Source: a virus
Lineage: Duplodnaviria; Caudoviricetes
Reading direction: 5' to 3' (one strand)
Virus record (IMG/VR): IMGVR_UViG_3300032265_002598
Span: 96,001-160,000 of that record
Length of the DNA: 64,000 bases
Each line of letters starts with the position of its first letter. Position 1 is the stretch's first letter. This document shows positions 30,732 to 39,504 of this stretch, piece after piece. Position numbers and translations under genes: made by a program. A model generated the notes under the pieces. It worked only from the letters and a program-made list of their open reading frames with translations. It was not told where the DNA came from and made no database searches.

Positions 30732-31846
30732 AGTTTTTTCCCTATCGTATTATGGCTAAATTGATCAATTGATTGTAATCCTAGTTCTTTTTTTTGTTCC
30801 CATTCTTTCTTATTGCTCTTATATAGAGAGTATGCTGCTCTCATTTTTTCTATAAGATCATAAATATTTATTTGATACCAATATTCATTAGCATTATAAA
30901 TATCAAATTCATCTGATAAAATTTTATTATCAAGTACAACTGGTGTTCTATAGCTTTGTACAATATAACCATTCTTATTATTAATAAAATCTATCATCCC
31001 GGTATTATCCGGCACTATTGGAGTTTTACCGAGAACTAAGGCCTCTGCTGCTGTTCTACCAAAAGATTCGCCTTTTGAAGTAGAAATAAAACAATCACAA
31101 CAGTTATGCATTCTGATAGAATTTTCATAAGATAATTCTTCAGTAATGATAATTTCTTTCTTATATCTATGACTTATGTTAAGTCTTTTTTTGATATTTT
31201 CTATTTCTTTTTCTATGAATTTATAAGAGTCTCCAACAGACATATTTGGAATACTACTTTTTATTATTAACGATACTGGTTGATTAATATCAAAAGCTAG
31301 ATGAAAGGCAGTGATTAAATCTTTAAGATTAGCTTTTTCTGTATATTCTCCCATATAATAAAATTTAAATGTTTGCTTGATCATTGGGTGCAAATCTAAA
31401 TCTTTATCTCTATTATTATTAATCAAATCAATATCTAATGGTTGAGATATAACTTTTATCGGCTTGGTAATACCAGATTTTCTCAAAGACTTTTCTTCTT
31501 GTGTACTAGCTACCCAAATTTCATCCATTTGATTAACATTGAATATAGAAACAGAATTAGAAATATTATTTGTTTCTAACTTAATGCAGCCAATATGTTT
31601 CTTAAATTTACCATTATAAAATAGACAATGTGGAAATGTTTGTTGAATAACAGTATCATAAGAATCATACAAAGAATTTTCATATTCTAATATGTCTCTG
31701 TCAATCTTTTCTGATGGTGAACCTAAAAATATAGGTCTAGTAGTAAGATTATATTTTTGTTGAGAAGCTATTGCTTTAATATAGCTTTGAGAAGCTATTC
31801 CGAAATCGTCCTGTTGTCTATATGGTCCCAAAAATAATGCATTCAT
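30722..31846 (-). CDS. Glycosyltransferase family 4
   Basis: CDCFISTSKGESFGRTAAEALVLGKTPI contains the E-x7-E signature. Confidence 0.85.
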   Translation of the reverse strand: MNALFLGPYRQQDDFGIASQSYIKAIASQQKYNLTTRPIFLGSPSEKIDRDILEYENSLYDSYDTVIQQTFPHCLFYNGKFKKHIGCIKLETNNISNSVSIFNVNQMDEIWVASTQEEKSLRKSGITKPIKVISQPLDIDLINNNRDKDLDLHPMIKQTFKFYYMGEYTEKANLKDLITAFHLAFDINQPVSLIIKSSIPNMSVGDSYKFIEKEIENIKKRLNISHRYKKEIIITEELSYENSIRMHNCCDCFISTSKGESFGRTAAEALVLGKTPIVPDNTGMIDFINNKNGYIVQSYRTPVVLDNKILSDEFDIYNANEYWYQINIYDLIEKMRAAYSLYKSNKKEWEQKKELGLQSIDQFSHNTIGKKLCI

Positions 31847-33510
31847 TTGATACTTTCTTTCATATGAGCATATTGAATAAAGTCTTCTTCTCTTAATGTG
31901 TTTTGATTGTTTTTTACATTTTGGGCTACATTGTTATTATTGATAATATTATTTATCGAATTTATTGCATGTTCAGGAGTGTATGACTCAGTATGCATTC
32001 CATTAATAGAAAATCCATAATCTAAATCTCTAATCATATTTAGTAGTATCAAAGAAGAAGCTAATTGATGCTGAGGCATATGTTTGGATACAGTACCAGT
32101 AATAGCATCATATGGACTTATGTTTGTAGGTAAGTTTTTGACAGGCTCAAGTATCGGTAAACTTTCTTTCCACTTACCTTGTAATCCTTTGAGAACAACA
32201 CTATCAAAATATTTTTCCCATTTTTTAGCTATATTATCCCAATTATAATGCTGCTCAGTAAGCTTGCGTGTTTCAAACCTTTTTTGTTCTTTAAGAAAAT
32301 TTGGTAAAGCAAGGTATTCTTGTAGCACTTCTACTAAATGATCATTGTCTGGATAAACTCTAACAGCTTTTGTCTCTAGTTCTTTAAAATACTGGTTTAT
32401 CTTAATAGGATATCCACCAACCTTACGAACAACGTCGCTCATAGCACTATAATCTACAGATGCTATTGGAACACCACAAGCCGATGCTTCAACTTGAGGC
32501 ATACCAAAACCTTCACAAATAGCATATTGAACATATATGTCAAAAGAATTCATAAGCATATTTAATGTCTGAGAAGATACGCCAGCACCAACATTAGGAA
32601 GAGAAAATGCTTTCTGGCTACATCTTGGACAATGAGCCATAGGATGTTGATATAAACAAGGATAAAAATATCCACAGCTTTTGCAACTATATGAGAATAA
32701 TACTCTATTGCCTACTTTATATTCTTTTAGTAATTGTGGTATGTCCCAACCTGCATCTGGATAGCTAGTATGAAGATATAGATAGGTTTTTTCTCCTATC
32801 GGATTATTTTCTGCTTGTAATTTGGATAATAAAGACTTTAACGCTGAGAATAGTTCAGGAATGAGTTTTCTTTTTTGGTTTCTCATTACAGAACCAATAA
32901 TAAAACTATCTGGATCAAGACCGAGATGAATCTTTAATTCTTTTCTATCCTCTATCATATTAAACGTATTTAGATCAACACCGGGAGAAGTAGTATCTAT
33001 ATACTTAATTTTATTATTACTTTGTGCTAATAAAGTTTCTTTACCAAAATCAGAATAGGTAAAAATAGCATCTGCTTGCAAAAAAGTATCAATCCATTCT
33101 TCTTGCTGTGGGGCAGAATCCACAGTTGGCATAAGAACCCAATGAAAGAAGGGCCTTAGTGGAGAAAATTGTTGATACGAACTCATCCAGTAATCTCTAA
33201 CATCAAATACAATATCCGGCTGGAAGTCTAATAATACTCGTTCAAATCTCCAACGACCAAATTGGTTTTCCATAGAACTATTATATTCTTGGCTTCTAGG
33301 GTCTTTAGAATCCACAGCATTGGCATAATATTTCCAATGAATATCGACATCTTTTGGATCATTTACCTTACCATATGAAGCAAATTCTGCTATATCATAT
33401 TTTCCGGTAGCATGAAGTCTTTTTAGTATTTCTCTAGCATATGTTCCAAAACCCGAACTTAAAAAGCTGGCCTCAGAACACATTAAAATTTTCAATTTTT
33501 TGTTAGACAT
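31843..33510 (-). CDS. Glycosyltransferase family 4 with inserted zinc ribbon
   Basis: EGFGMPQVEASACGVP signature, N-terminal SGFGTYARE, and CKSC...CPRC insert at 32617-32685. Confidence 0.85.
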   Translation of the reverse strand: MSNKKLKILMCSEASFLSSGFGTYAREILKRLHATGKYDIAEFASYGKVNDPKDVDIHWKYYANAVDSKDPRSQEYNSSMENQFGRWRFERVLLDFQPDIVFDVRDYWMSSYQQFSPLRPFFHWVLMPTVDSAPQQEEWIDTFLQADAIFTYSDFGKETLLAQSNNKIKYIDTTSPGVDLNTFNMIEDRKELKIHLGLDPDSFIIGSVMRNQKRKLIPELFSALKSLLSKLQAENNPIGEKTYLYLHTSYPDAGWDIPQLLKEYKVGNRVLFSYSCKSCGYFYPCLYQHPMAHCPRCSQKAFSLPNVGAGVSSQTLNMLMNSFDIYVQYAICEGFGMPQVEASACGVPIASVDYSAMSDVVRKVGGYPIKINQYFKELETKAVRVYPDNDHLVEVLQEYLALPNFLKEQKRFETRKLTEQHYNWDNIAKKWEKYFDSVVLKGLQGKWKESLPILEPVKNLPTNISPYDAITGTVSKHMPQHQLASSLILLNMIRDLDYGFSINGMHTESYTPEHAINSINNIINNNNVAQNVKNNQNTLREEDFIQYAHMKESIK

Positions 33511-33537
33511 AAAAAACGGGGGTGTTTTGCACCCCCA
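33511..33537 (-). terminator. Rho-independent terminator downstream of ssb
   Basis: Minus strand GGGGGTG-CAAAA-CACCCCC-G-TTTTTT: 7-bp GC-rich stem plus U tract. Confidence 0.8.
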
Positions 33538-33564
33538 TCTCTTAAAATGGTAAAGGGATTTAAT

Positions 33565-33936
33565 TTAGAAACTAACTACTTCTTCAGCCTGATCCTTGTT
33601 TTTCTTAGACAATTTAGTAATCTTAGAAAAATTATTAACACGAACCTTCAGGGAATTATGCTTCACGCCATCTTTTTCCCATGAGTCGTTCCTGAGAGAT
33701 CCTTCTACCAAAACAAAATCACCTTTCTTGAATGATTGTCCGATAATCTCAGCACCACTATCCCATGCTTCACATGGAACGAATGTAGTTACCTTATCTC
33801 GTTCACCATTTGCCTTCGTGTATTCCCTAGAAACAGCTACAGTAAAATTAACTACTGAAGTCTGTTTACCATTTGTATTCACTACACGCATTTCAGGATC
33901 TCTAGCTAAATTACCACGTAGAATATTAATATTCAT
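33565..33936 (-). CDS. ssb: Single-stranded DNA-binding protein
   Basis: NINILRGNLARDPE, FTVAVSR, VEGSLRNDSWE. SD AAGGAG lies 7 nt before ATG 33936 (the track start at 33963 is upstream of the SD). Confidence 0.92.
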   Translation of the reverse strand: MNINILRGNLARDPEMRVVNTNGKQTSVVNFTVAVSREYTKANGERDKVTTFVPCEAWDSGAEIIGQSFKKGDFVLVEGSLRNDSWEKDGVKHNSLKVRVNNFSKITKLSKKNKDQAEEVVSF

Positions 33937-33985
33937 CAAAGTGCTCCTTAAAATAAAAACCAAGGTCCAAAACGAACTGCTCCAT

Positions 33986-34013
33986 ATTATAGCTTGATGG
34001 AAGCCAGAGTCAA
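33986..34013 (-). promoter_or_regulatory. Sigma70-type promoter for ssb
   Basis: TTGACT-16 nt-TATAAT on the minus strand. The -35 box overlaps the TGA stop of the dnaE C-half. Confidence 0.7.
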
Positions 34014-35641
34014 GTCTTAGGAATATACGTCTTTTCGACTATGAACGAATCACCAGACTTGGCTCTATTACCTTTGATAATGATAACATTACCATCAAAC
34101 AAAATGTTACGATAAGCTTTATATGCTTCCGGAAAGAATACAACAGAATCTATTACTCCCGTGCCATCACTCATGGTAACAAATGCCATCTCTTGACCAG
34201 GGGTTTTGCCAGATTTAGTTTTGGTAACACCTACACTCTCTATCTCTCCACATAGAATAATATTATCTTTAAGAGTAGTATTCTTAAAATCTTTACAAGT
34301 TGTATTAGTCATTGTAATATCATACATATCAACCTTAGAACAAGTAATACTACAGCCCAGGAAAGCATCCTCCGCATCAGATATCCAATCTGGATTATCT
34401 TCTAAAGAATATGGAGGTTTATTATAACTATTAATTAGATCAAGTATAATACTTTTTCTGTTTTTATTAGATTTACCATTATGATACAAATCATATAAAG
34501 CATCTCCTATAGACTTATATTGATACAGGTTAGCTAGTATGAAATCCGATTCTTTTTTTGTTAATTCAGATACTAATCCAAACTCAAATAACATCCCGGT
34601 TCTTTGTTTACCCAAATAAGATATAGCACCACTTTGAATTAAAGCTTTGGCTGATGTAGAATTGATATTTATCAAGACTTTCATAAGCATCTCAACCCAA
34701 TTCATAGTATCAAAATCTAGTTTTTTATCTGTTTTAATTTTAATCAACTTATCAAAAACAGACTGTCCAAAACCCTTAATATCTGTTAATCCAAAATATA
34801 TCTTATTGTTTTTTAGAATAAACAATTGGTTTAGATTTCTAATATCGGGTATACAAACAGGAACATCCATCTCATTAGCATTTTGAACTAATTCTTTGAT
34901 CTCTGCTTTAGGATCAATTTTATCTTTAGCAAATCTTAAGTACGCTGCAAAAAAGATTTTTGGAAAGTGAGCTTTTGTATATGCTGATAAATAACTATTA
35001 ATCGCATAACTAACAGCATGAGATTTATTAAAGGAATATCTTTGAGATTTTTCGATCCATCCAAAAATTTCTTCAGCTTGAGAGGTAGCTACTGTACCAA
35101 CTTTTTCTGTTCCTTCTAAAAATTTAATCTTAATCTTAGCCATCTCTTCTGGCTTTTTCTTACCGATTGCTTTTCTCAACATATCTGCTTCTTGAAGATC
35201 AAAGCCAGCTACTATTTTAGCAATTTCCATAGCTTGTTCTTGATAAATCATTTCGCCATATGTTCCTTTTAGAATGGGCTCTAAAGAAGGATGATAGTAA
35301 TCTACAGACTCTTGACCATTCTTTTTATCTATAAAATGGTTAGAAACTGATTTACCATCTCTAAAAGCTTCCAAACATCCTGGTCTCATAATACTAATTA
35401 AAGCAGAAAGTTGTTCAATATTTTCTGGCTTTAATTTTTTGGCCATAGATTTACCTAGTCTAGACTCCAATTGGAAACACCCCTTTGTATTTCCATCCGA
35501 AATTAAATCCCAAGTCTTCTGACACTCTAAACTAATCTCTTCTATTTTTGGATTAAATTTAAGAGTCATTCTGTCTTTGTCTTCATGTTCAGACAGAATA
35601 TCAAAAGAACAACCGCAACTATATTGAAATTTTTTAGGCAT
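34010..35641 (-). CDS. dnaE: DNA polymerase III alpha, C-terminal half (fingers/thumb, HhH, OB fold)
   Basis: GCFQLES, ISIMRPG, IYQEQ, DMLRKAIGKK, YSFNKSHAVSYA, FGLTDIKGFG, C-terminal OB fold. Confidence 0.92.
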   Translation of the reverse strand: MPKKFQYSCGCSFDILSEHEDKDRMTLKFNPKIEEISLECQKTWDLISDGNTKGCFQLESRLGKSMAKKLKPENIEQLSALISIMRPGCLEAFRDGKSVSNHFIDKKNGQESVDYYHPSLEPILKGTYGEMIYQEQAMEIAKIVAGFDLQEADMLRKAIGKKKPEEMAKIKIKFLEGTEKVGTVATSQAEEIFGWIEKSQRYSFNKSHAVSYAINSYLSAYTKAHFPKIFFAAYLRFAKDKIDPKAEIKELVQNANEMDVPVCIPDIRNLNQLFILKNNKIYFGLTDIKGFGQSVFDKLIKIKTDKKLDFDTMNWVEMLMKVLININSTSAKALIQSGAISYLGKQRTGMLFEFGLVSELTKKESDFILANLYQYKSIGDALYDLYHNGKSNKNRKSIILDLINSYNKPPYSLEDNPDWISDAEDAFLGCSITCSKVDMYDITMTNTTCKDFKNTTLKDNIILCGEIESVGVTKTKSGKTPGQEMAFVTMSDGTGVIDSVVFFPEAYKAYRNILFDGNVIIIKGNRAKSGDSFIVEKTYIPKT

Positions 35642-36335
35642 GAGATGTTGATTGAAATGAGTCCTTAAACTTAATCTTATTTCCTAGGTTACGATGCAGT
35701 CTCATAAAACGAACCAGAATTTCTGCACAATCCTTAACATCTTTAAGAGCATCATGGGCACCTTCTTTATTAATACCAAGATAATCTCTTAGAGTATCTA
35801 AAGAAAGATTTTTTAGATCACTATTGTTTTCAAACCAATAGAAAACTAAATTCATAATATCTAATACATCTCTTGGATAAAAAATATCACTTCTATCTTC
35901 CTTATTAGTATTACCATATTTGCGACTAAGTCTATCAATAATTGGTAGGTCGAACCTATTAATATTATAGCCAGCGGCAATAGGGGCACTAAATTGGCTC
36001 TTCTTACTAGACCTGCTATGGTGCATAGTCAAATAATTTGTAAATAACTTCCATGATTGATCTTGAGAGGGATATTTCTTCCACTCTGCTAAAATAGACT
36101 CTTTTGAAGAACCTCTTACTTTAGCATGAAAATCTAATATGTCTGTAGTATATTGGTAATCTTCATTATTTGCCAAAACTTCTGGTTTAAAAAAGATATT
36201 AAATTCAGAATTTGGAACAATCTCTAATTTCAATGGATCGATAATCACTGCGGCAATCTGAACAGGACTACAAGACTTTGGGTCAGAGCCATCTGTTTCA
36301 AAATCAAACACACAAATTTTGTTATAGTTAATCAT
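35634..36335 (-). CDS. DEDDh 3'-5' exonuclease (DnaQ/epsilon-like)
   Basis: VFDFETDG (Exo I), AGYNINRFDL (Exo II), HDALKDV (Exo III). Confidence 0.88.
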   Translation of the reverse strand: MINYNKICVFDFETDGSDPKSCSPVQIAAVIIDPLKLEIVPNSEFNIFFKPEVLANNEDYQYTTDILDFHAKVRGSSKESILAEWKKYPSQDQSWKLFTNYLTMHHSRSSKKSQFSAPIAAGYNINRFDLPIIDRLSRKYGNTNKEDRSDIFYPRDVLDIMNLVFYWFENNSDLKNLSLDTLRDYLGINKEGAHDALKDVKDCAEILVRFMRLHRNLGNKIKFKDSFQSTSHA

Positions 36336-36532
36336 TCGGTGGTCTCAACCTCTACTTCTATTAATGGTAGAACCTGAATCTTTTGTTCTGGATTGTCTAA
36401 TCTAGCAGCATTTATAACTGTACAACAACTAATTCTTTGTTCTTCAGTCTTAGTATACTTATTAAGTTCAAATGTAAATACCTTACCAATAGCTAAATCC
36501 ATAAATTTAATCTTTTGGGTTGCCATAATCAA
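36332..36532 (-). CDS. Small hypothetical protein (66 aa)
   Basis: Fills the gap exactly, with 4-nt overlaps at both ends. Confidence 0.6.
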   Translation of the reverse strand: MIMATQKIKFMDLAIGKVFTFELNKYTKTEEQRISCCTVINAARLDNPEQKIQVLPLIEVEVETTE

Positions 36533-38422
36533 TCTCCTTTTGATAAAATGTCTTGAATAGTCATGATCTTATCTAACATTGCCACGCCAAGAATATCAAA
36601 CTTGATAATACCTAACGCTTCTAGGTCTTGCATCTCCATGCCAGCTATAAGTTGGTCATTCTTTGAATCATATACCATAGGACACAGAGTATTTAATGGT
36701 TGAGCACTAATTGCAATACCAGCCGCATGTTTAGACTGGTTAGACTTAGTACCTTCTAATCTAATAGCCTGTTCAAACCGTTTGGCAAGTGGTCCCTGCA
36801 ATTCATTTTTTTCATCTATATAGCACCATTCTTTCAGTTTATCTGGCTCATTTTCTAAAGCCCACCGAATAATAGATGCTTCGCCAGTTTCTTCTTTCAT
36901 TTCTTGAAGATCATCAGCAATTTTAGCTTCATCTGGAATACTTTTAGTAATCTTATTCATTTCATCAAAAGATATATTACCATATACTCTTAATACATCC
37001 TTAATAGCTCCACGACCCTTAATAGTATTAAATGTAATCATTTGGGAAACCTTATCAGCCCCATAACACTGTTTAATATATTCAATTACATTTTCTCTTT
37101 TGTTGATAGGTACGTCTACATCAATATCAGGCATAGAGATGTGATCTTTACTATTTCGTCCAGCATTGTAAAATCTATCAAATAATAGACCATATTTAAT
37201 AGGATCAATACTAGTAATACCGATTAAATAAGAGACCAAACAACCGGCAGCACTTCCTCTTCCCGGTCCCGGAAGCCAATTATTTTTTCTAACATAATTC
37301 ACAATATCTTGTACAATTAAAAAATAGCTAGAAAGATCTGCTCCTTGTAGAACCTCAAGTTCATACTTAATTCTATTAACATAATCTTGTTGCTTATCTT
37401 TGTCTATTATATTAGCAATTTTATCTCTCCATCCATTACGACATAATTGTCTGAGATATTCATCTGGATTAGCTCCGTCCGGACAAGGGAATGGAGGTAA
37501 ATGTGGCTTATCTAAGATATTATAATTTTCACATAATGAATCTACTAATTTGGTATTTTCCATTTCTTCTTCAGTATGAAAATGATCCATTTCTTCTGGA
37601 GATAAGATATGGAAGTTGTCAGATGTAAAAAAGCACCCAAGAGGCACTTCCTCGTCGTTACTAATCTTCCTGCTGATCTCTGGGAAGGTCGTTTTTAAAT
37701 TATTACAGAGAAGCACCCTTTGATCTACAGCATCCTCCTTACGGCAATAGTGAGCGTCTGGTGTGGAGATGATTTTTGTGTTGGTCATTTTGGCCAAATC
37801 TCTCATAGCACCAGTCAAAACTGTTTGGATAGGAGAATTGGCCGAATCCATTAATTGTGCTTCTAAAAAGAAATTTTCTTTACCAAAAACATCTTTAAGT
37901 TTACCAATTTGATCAATACCTATATTTTTCCAGTCGCCAAGTAATTGATTATCAACACTAATCTTATCTGCCAAATAGGATCCAGCATGACCACAAAATC
38001 CAATAATATTATTATTACAATATTGTGCAAGAGTCTCTATATTTAGTCTTGGTTTATGATAAAAATGATCGGGTTGATTAGACTCAGAAACAATTCTAAT
38101 AAGACTCTTCCATCCCTCGTAGTTCTTGGCTAGAATAACAAAGTGAGTTAGGTCTTTATTTTCTTTTGTTTTAATCTTAGGATCTTGATCACAAATATAA
38201 ATCTCACACCCTAAAATAGGTTTAATACCCTTCTTCTTCATTTCTGTATAAAATTTAACTGATCCAGCAATATTACCATGATCAGTCAATGCGCAAGAAG
38301 TTGCACCTATTTCCTGACATCTTTCAGTAATAGTTCTCGGTTGCGATAGTCCATCCAAAAGTGAGTACATAGCCCACCTAAGAATGGACATGCAGAGGCA
38401 CATATCCTCTAGTCATGTCCAT
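36529..38422 (-). CDS. dnaE: DNA polymerase III alpha, N-terminal half (PHP plus catalytic palm), interrupted by a 10-nt coding gap at 38371-38380
   Basis: SD AAGGAG, then ATG 38422 gives MDMTRGYVPLHVHS, then TAGGTGGGCT, then MYSLLDG...TDHG...GCE...DAHY...GRGSAAG...MPDIDVD...KFDILG. 627 aa if the 10 nt are skipped. Confidence 0.9.
38371..38380 (-). other. 10-nt insertion (TAGGTGGGCT) inside the PHP HxHSxYSLLDG motif; candidate bypass element or micro-intron
   Basis: Read directly from the sequence. It contains an in-frame TAG and shifts the frame by +1. The mechanism is inferred. Confidence 0.75.
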
Positions 38423-38463
38423 ATCTAATTTTCTCCTTATTTCGTTGTTCTAACCAAAAATAT

Positions 38464-39504
38464 TTATACGGTGCCGGGTGCTTTGTAATGACCTATACTA
38501 TAGCCGGGAGCTTGATACTTGTCAATGACAGCTTTCATCCCAGTTGTGTCTATATCATGTTTAACTTGTTCGCACTTTGTCATACATTGGTCTTTAGCTG
38601 TTAGTTGACCATCTCTATATTCTGTTAATGGTTGTATTGAACTATTAGCAAATGTACTTTTCCCAAAGTGGCATAACTTACTGCATTTCCAACTTTTATT
38701 TAGTTGTGGCTTTTGAGTATTCTTTATAGTCTCAAATTTTTGTTTCAACATGATTTCTGTTTTGTATAGATCTGTTTTATCAAAACAAATAGTAAATGCT
38801 CCACCATCATTGATGAAATTAATAGATATCATTACGTGTTCGATCTCTGGGTACATATGCTGAATAGCATAGTGATATATTCTTAATTGAGGATCATTTT
38901 GTAATTTTTCTAAAGTTTTTTCTTCTCCAGTAGCCCAGTCTAATCTTCGTCCTGTTTTCCAATCAATAACTTCTAGAGTATTGTTATTGACTTTGGTAAT
39001 AAGATCAATAGTGCCTTTTATAGCAAGATTTCCTTCAAGGATTCCATCTTTGGTTTCATATCGGTATGATGACCAGGGTTTCTTAATCTCAAGATCAAAG
39101 CGTTGTTCTGGCTGAACGATATGTCTATTCCTAGGATCAAACATACCCTTATTATATTCTAAAGCTTTATTAATCCATGCATGACAATCTTTATGATCTT
39201 TTGGTTCCCAAACATGATGAGTGAACTGAGAAGTATAATATTCATATACTTGATCAGTTATTTTTTTGATACTATAATTATTAATGTCTACTTTTCCCAC
39301 AACATCATCCTCAAAAATTGGACTATTGTTTTGGGTATTTAGTTTAATAAATGCTAAGATTTCTAAAGCCTTATGACAAATAGTTCCTTTGTCTGCTTTT
39401 TTATTTGATGGAGATCTTAAACCAAGGATATACTCAAAAAAATATTGCTGTGGACACATAGAGTGTGTGCCATAAGAACTACTTCTTAGATATGTAATTA
39501 TAAT
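38464..39504 (-). CDS. PD-(D/E)xK nuclease, Cas4/AddB-like with Fe-S Cys ligands; probable ATT start
   Basis: LRSSSYGTHSMCPQQY, GTIDLI...EVIDWKTG, C-terminal CSKLC...C. No ATG/GTG/TTG occurs in frame upstream of 39459. ATT at 39504 has AAAGGA 8 nt upstream. Confidence 0.8.
   Translation of the reverse strand: MIITYLRSSSYGTHSMCPQQYFFEYILGLRSPSNKKADKGTICHKALEILAFIKLNTQNNSPIFEDDVVGKVDINNYSIKKITDQVYEYYTSQFTHHVWEPKDHKDCHAWINKALEYNKGMFDPRNRHIVQPEQRFDLEIKKPWSSYRYETKDGILEGNLAIKGTIDLITKVNNNTLEVIDWKTGRRLDWATGEEKTLEKLQNDPQLRIYHYAIQHMYPEIEHVMISINFINDGGAFTICFDKTDLYKTEIMLKQKFETIKNTQKPQLNKSWKCSKLCHFGKSTFANSSIQPLTEYRDGQLTAKDQCMTKCEQVKHDIDTTGMKAVIDKYQAPGYSIGHYKAPGTV

Noticed and set aside
34010-36560. Split intein joining the DnaE halves
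   Set aside because: No intein N- or C-terminal splice motifs at either junction. CGCSFD in the C-half is not followed by intein-like sequence.
38378-38380. Stop-codon reassignment (TAG read as sense) as the explanation for the dnaE interruption
   Set aside because: Reading through TAG stays in the wrong frame (VGYVLTFGW...) and reaches TGA soon after. Other genes here end normally at TAG (for example 9218, 25616, 33565).
38371-38403. ORF-track N-terminus MCLCMSILRWA for DnaE
   Set aside because: It lacks the HxH motif and a properly spaced SD. The motif is in the other frame, starting from ATG 38422.
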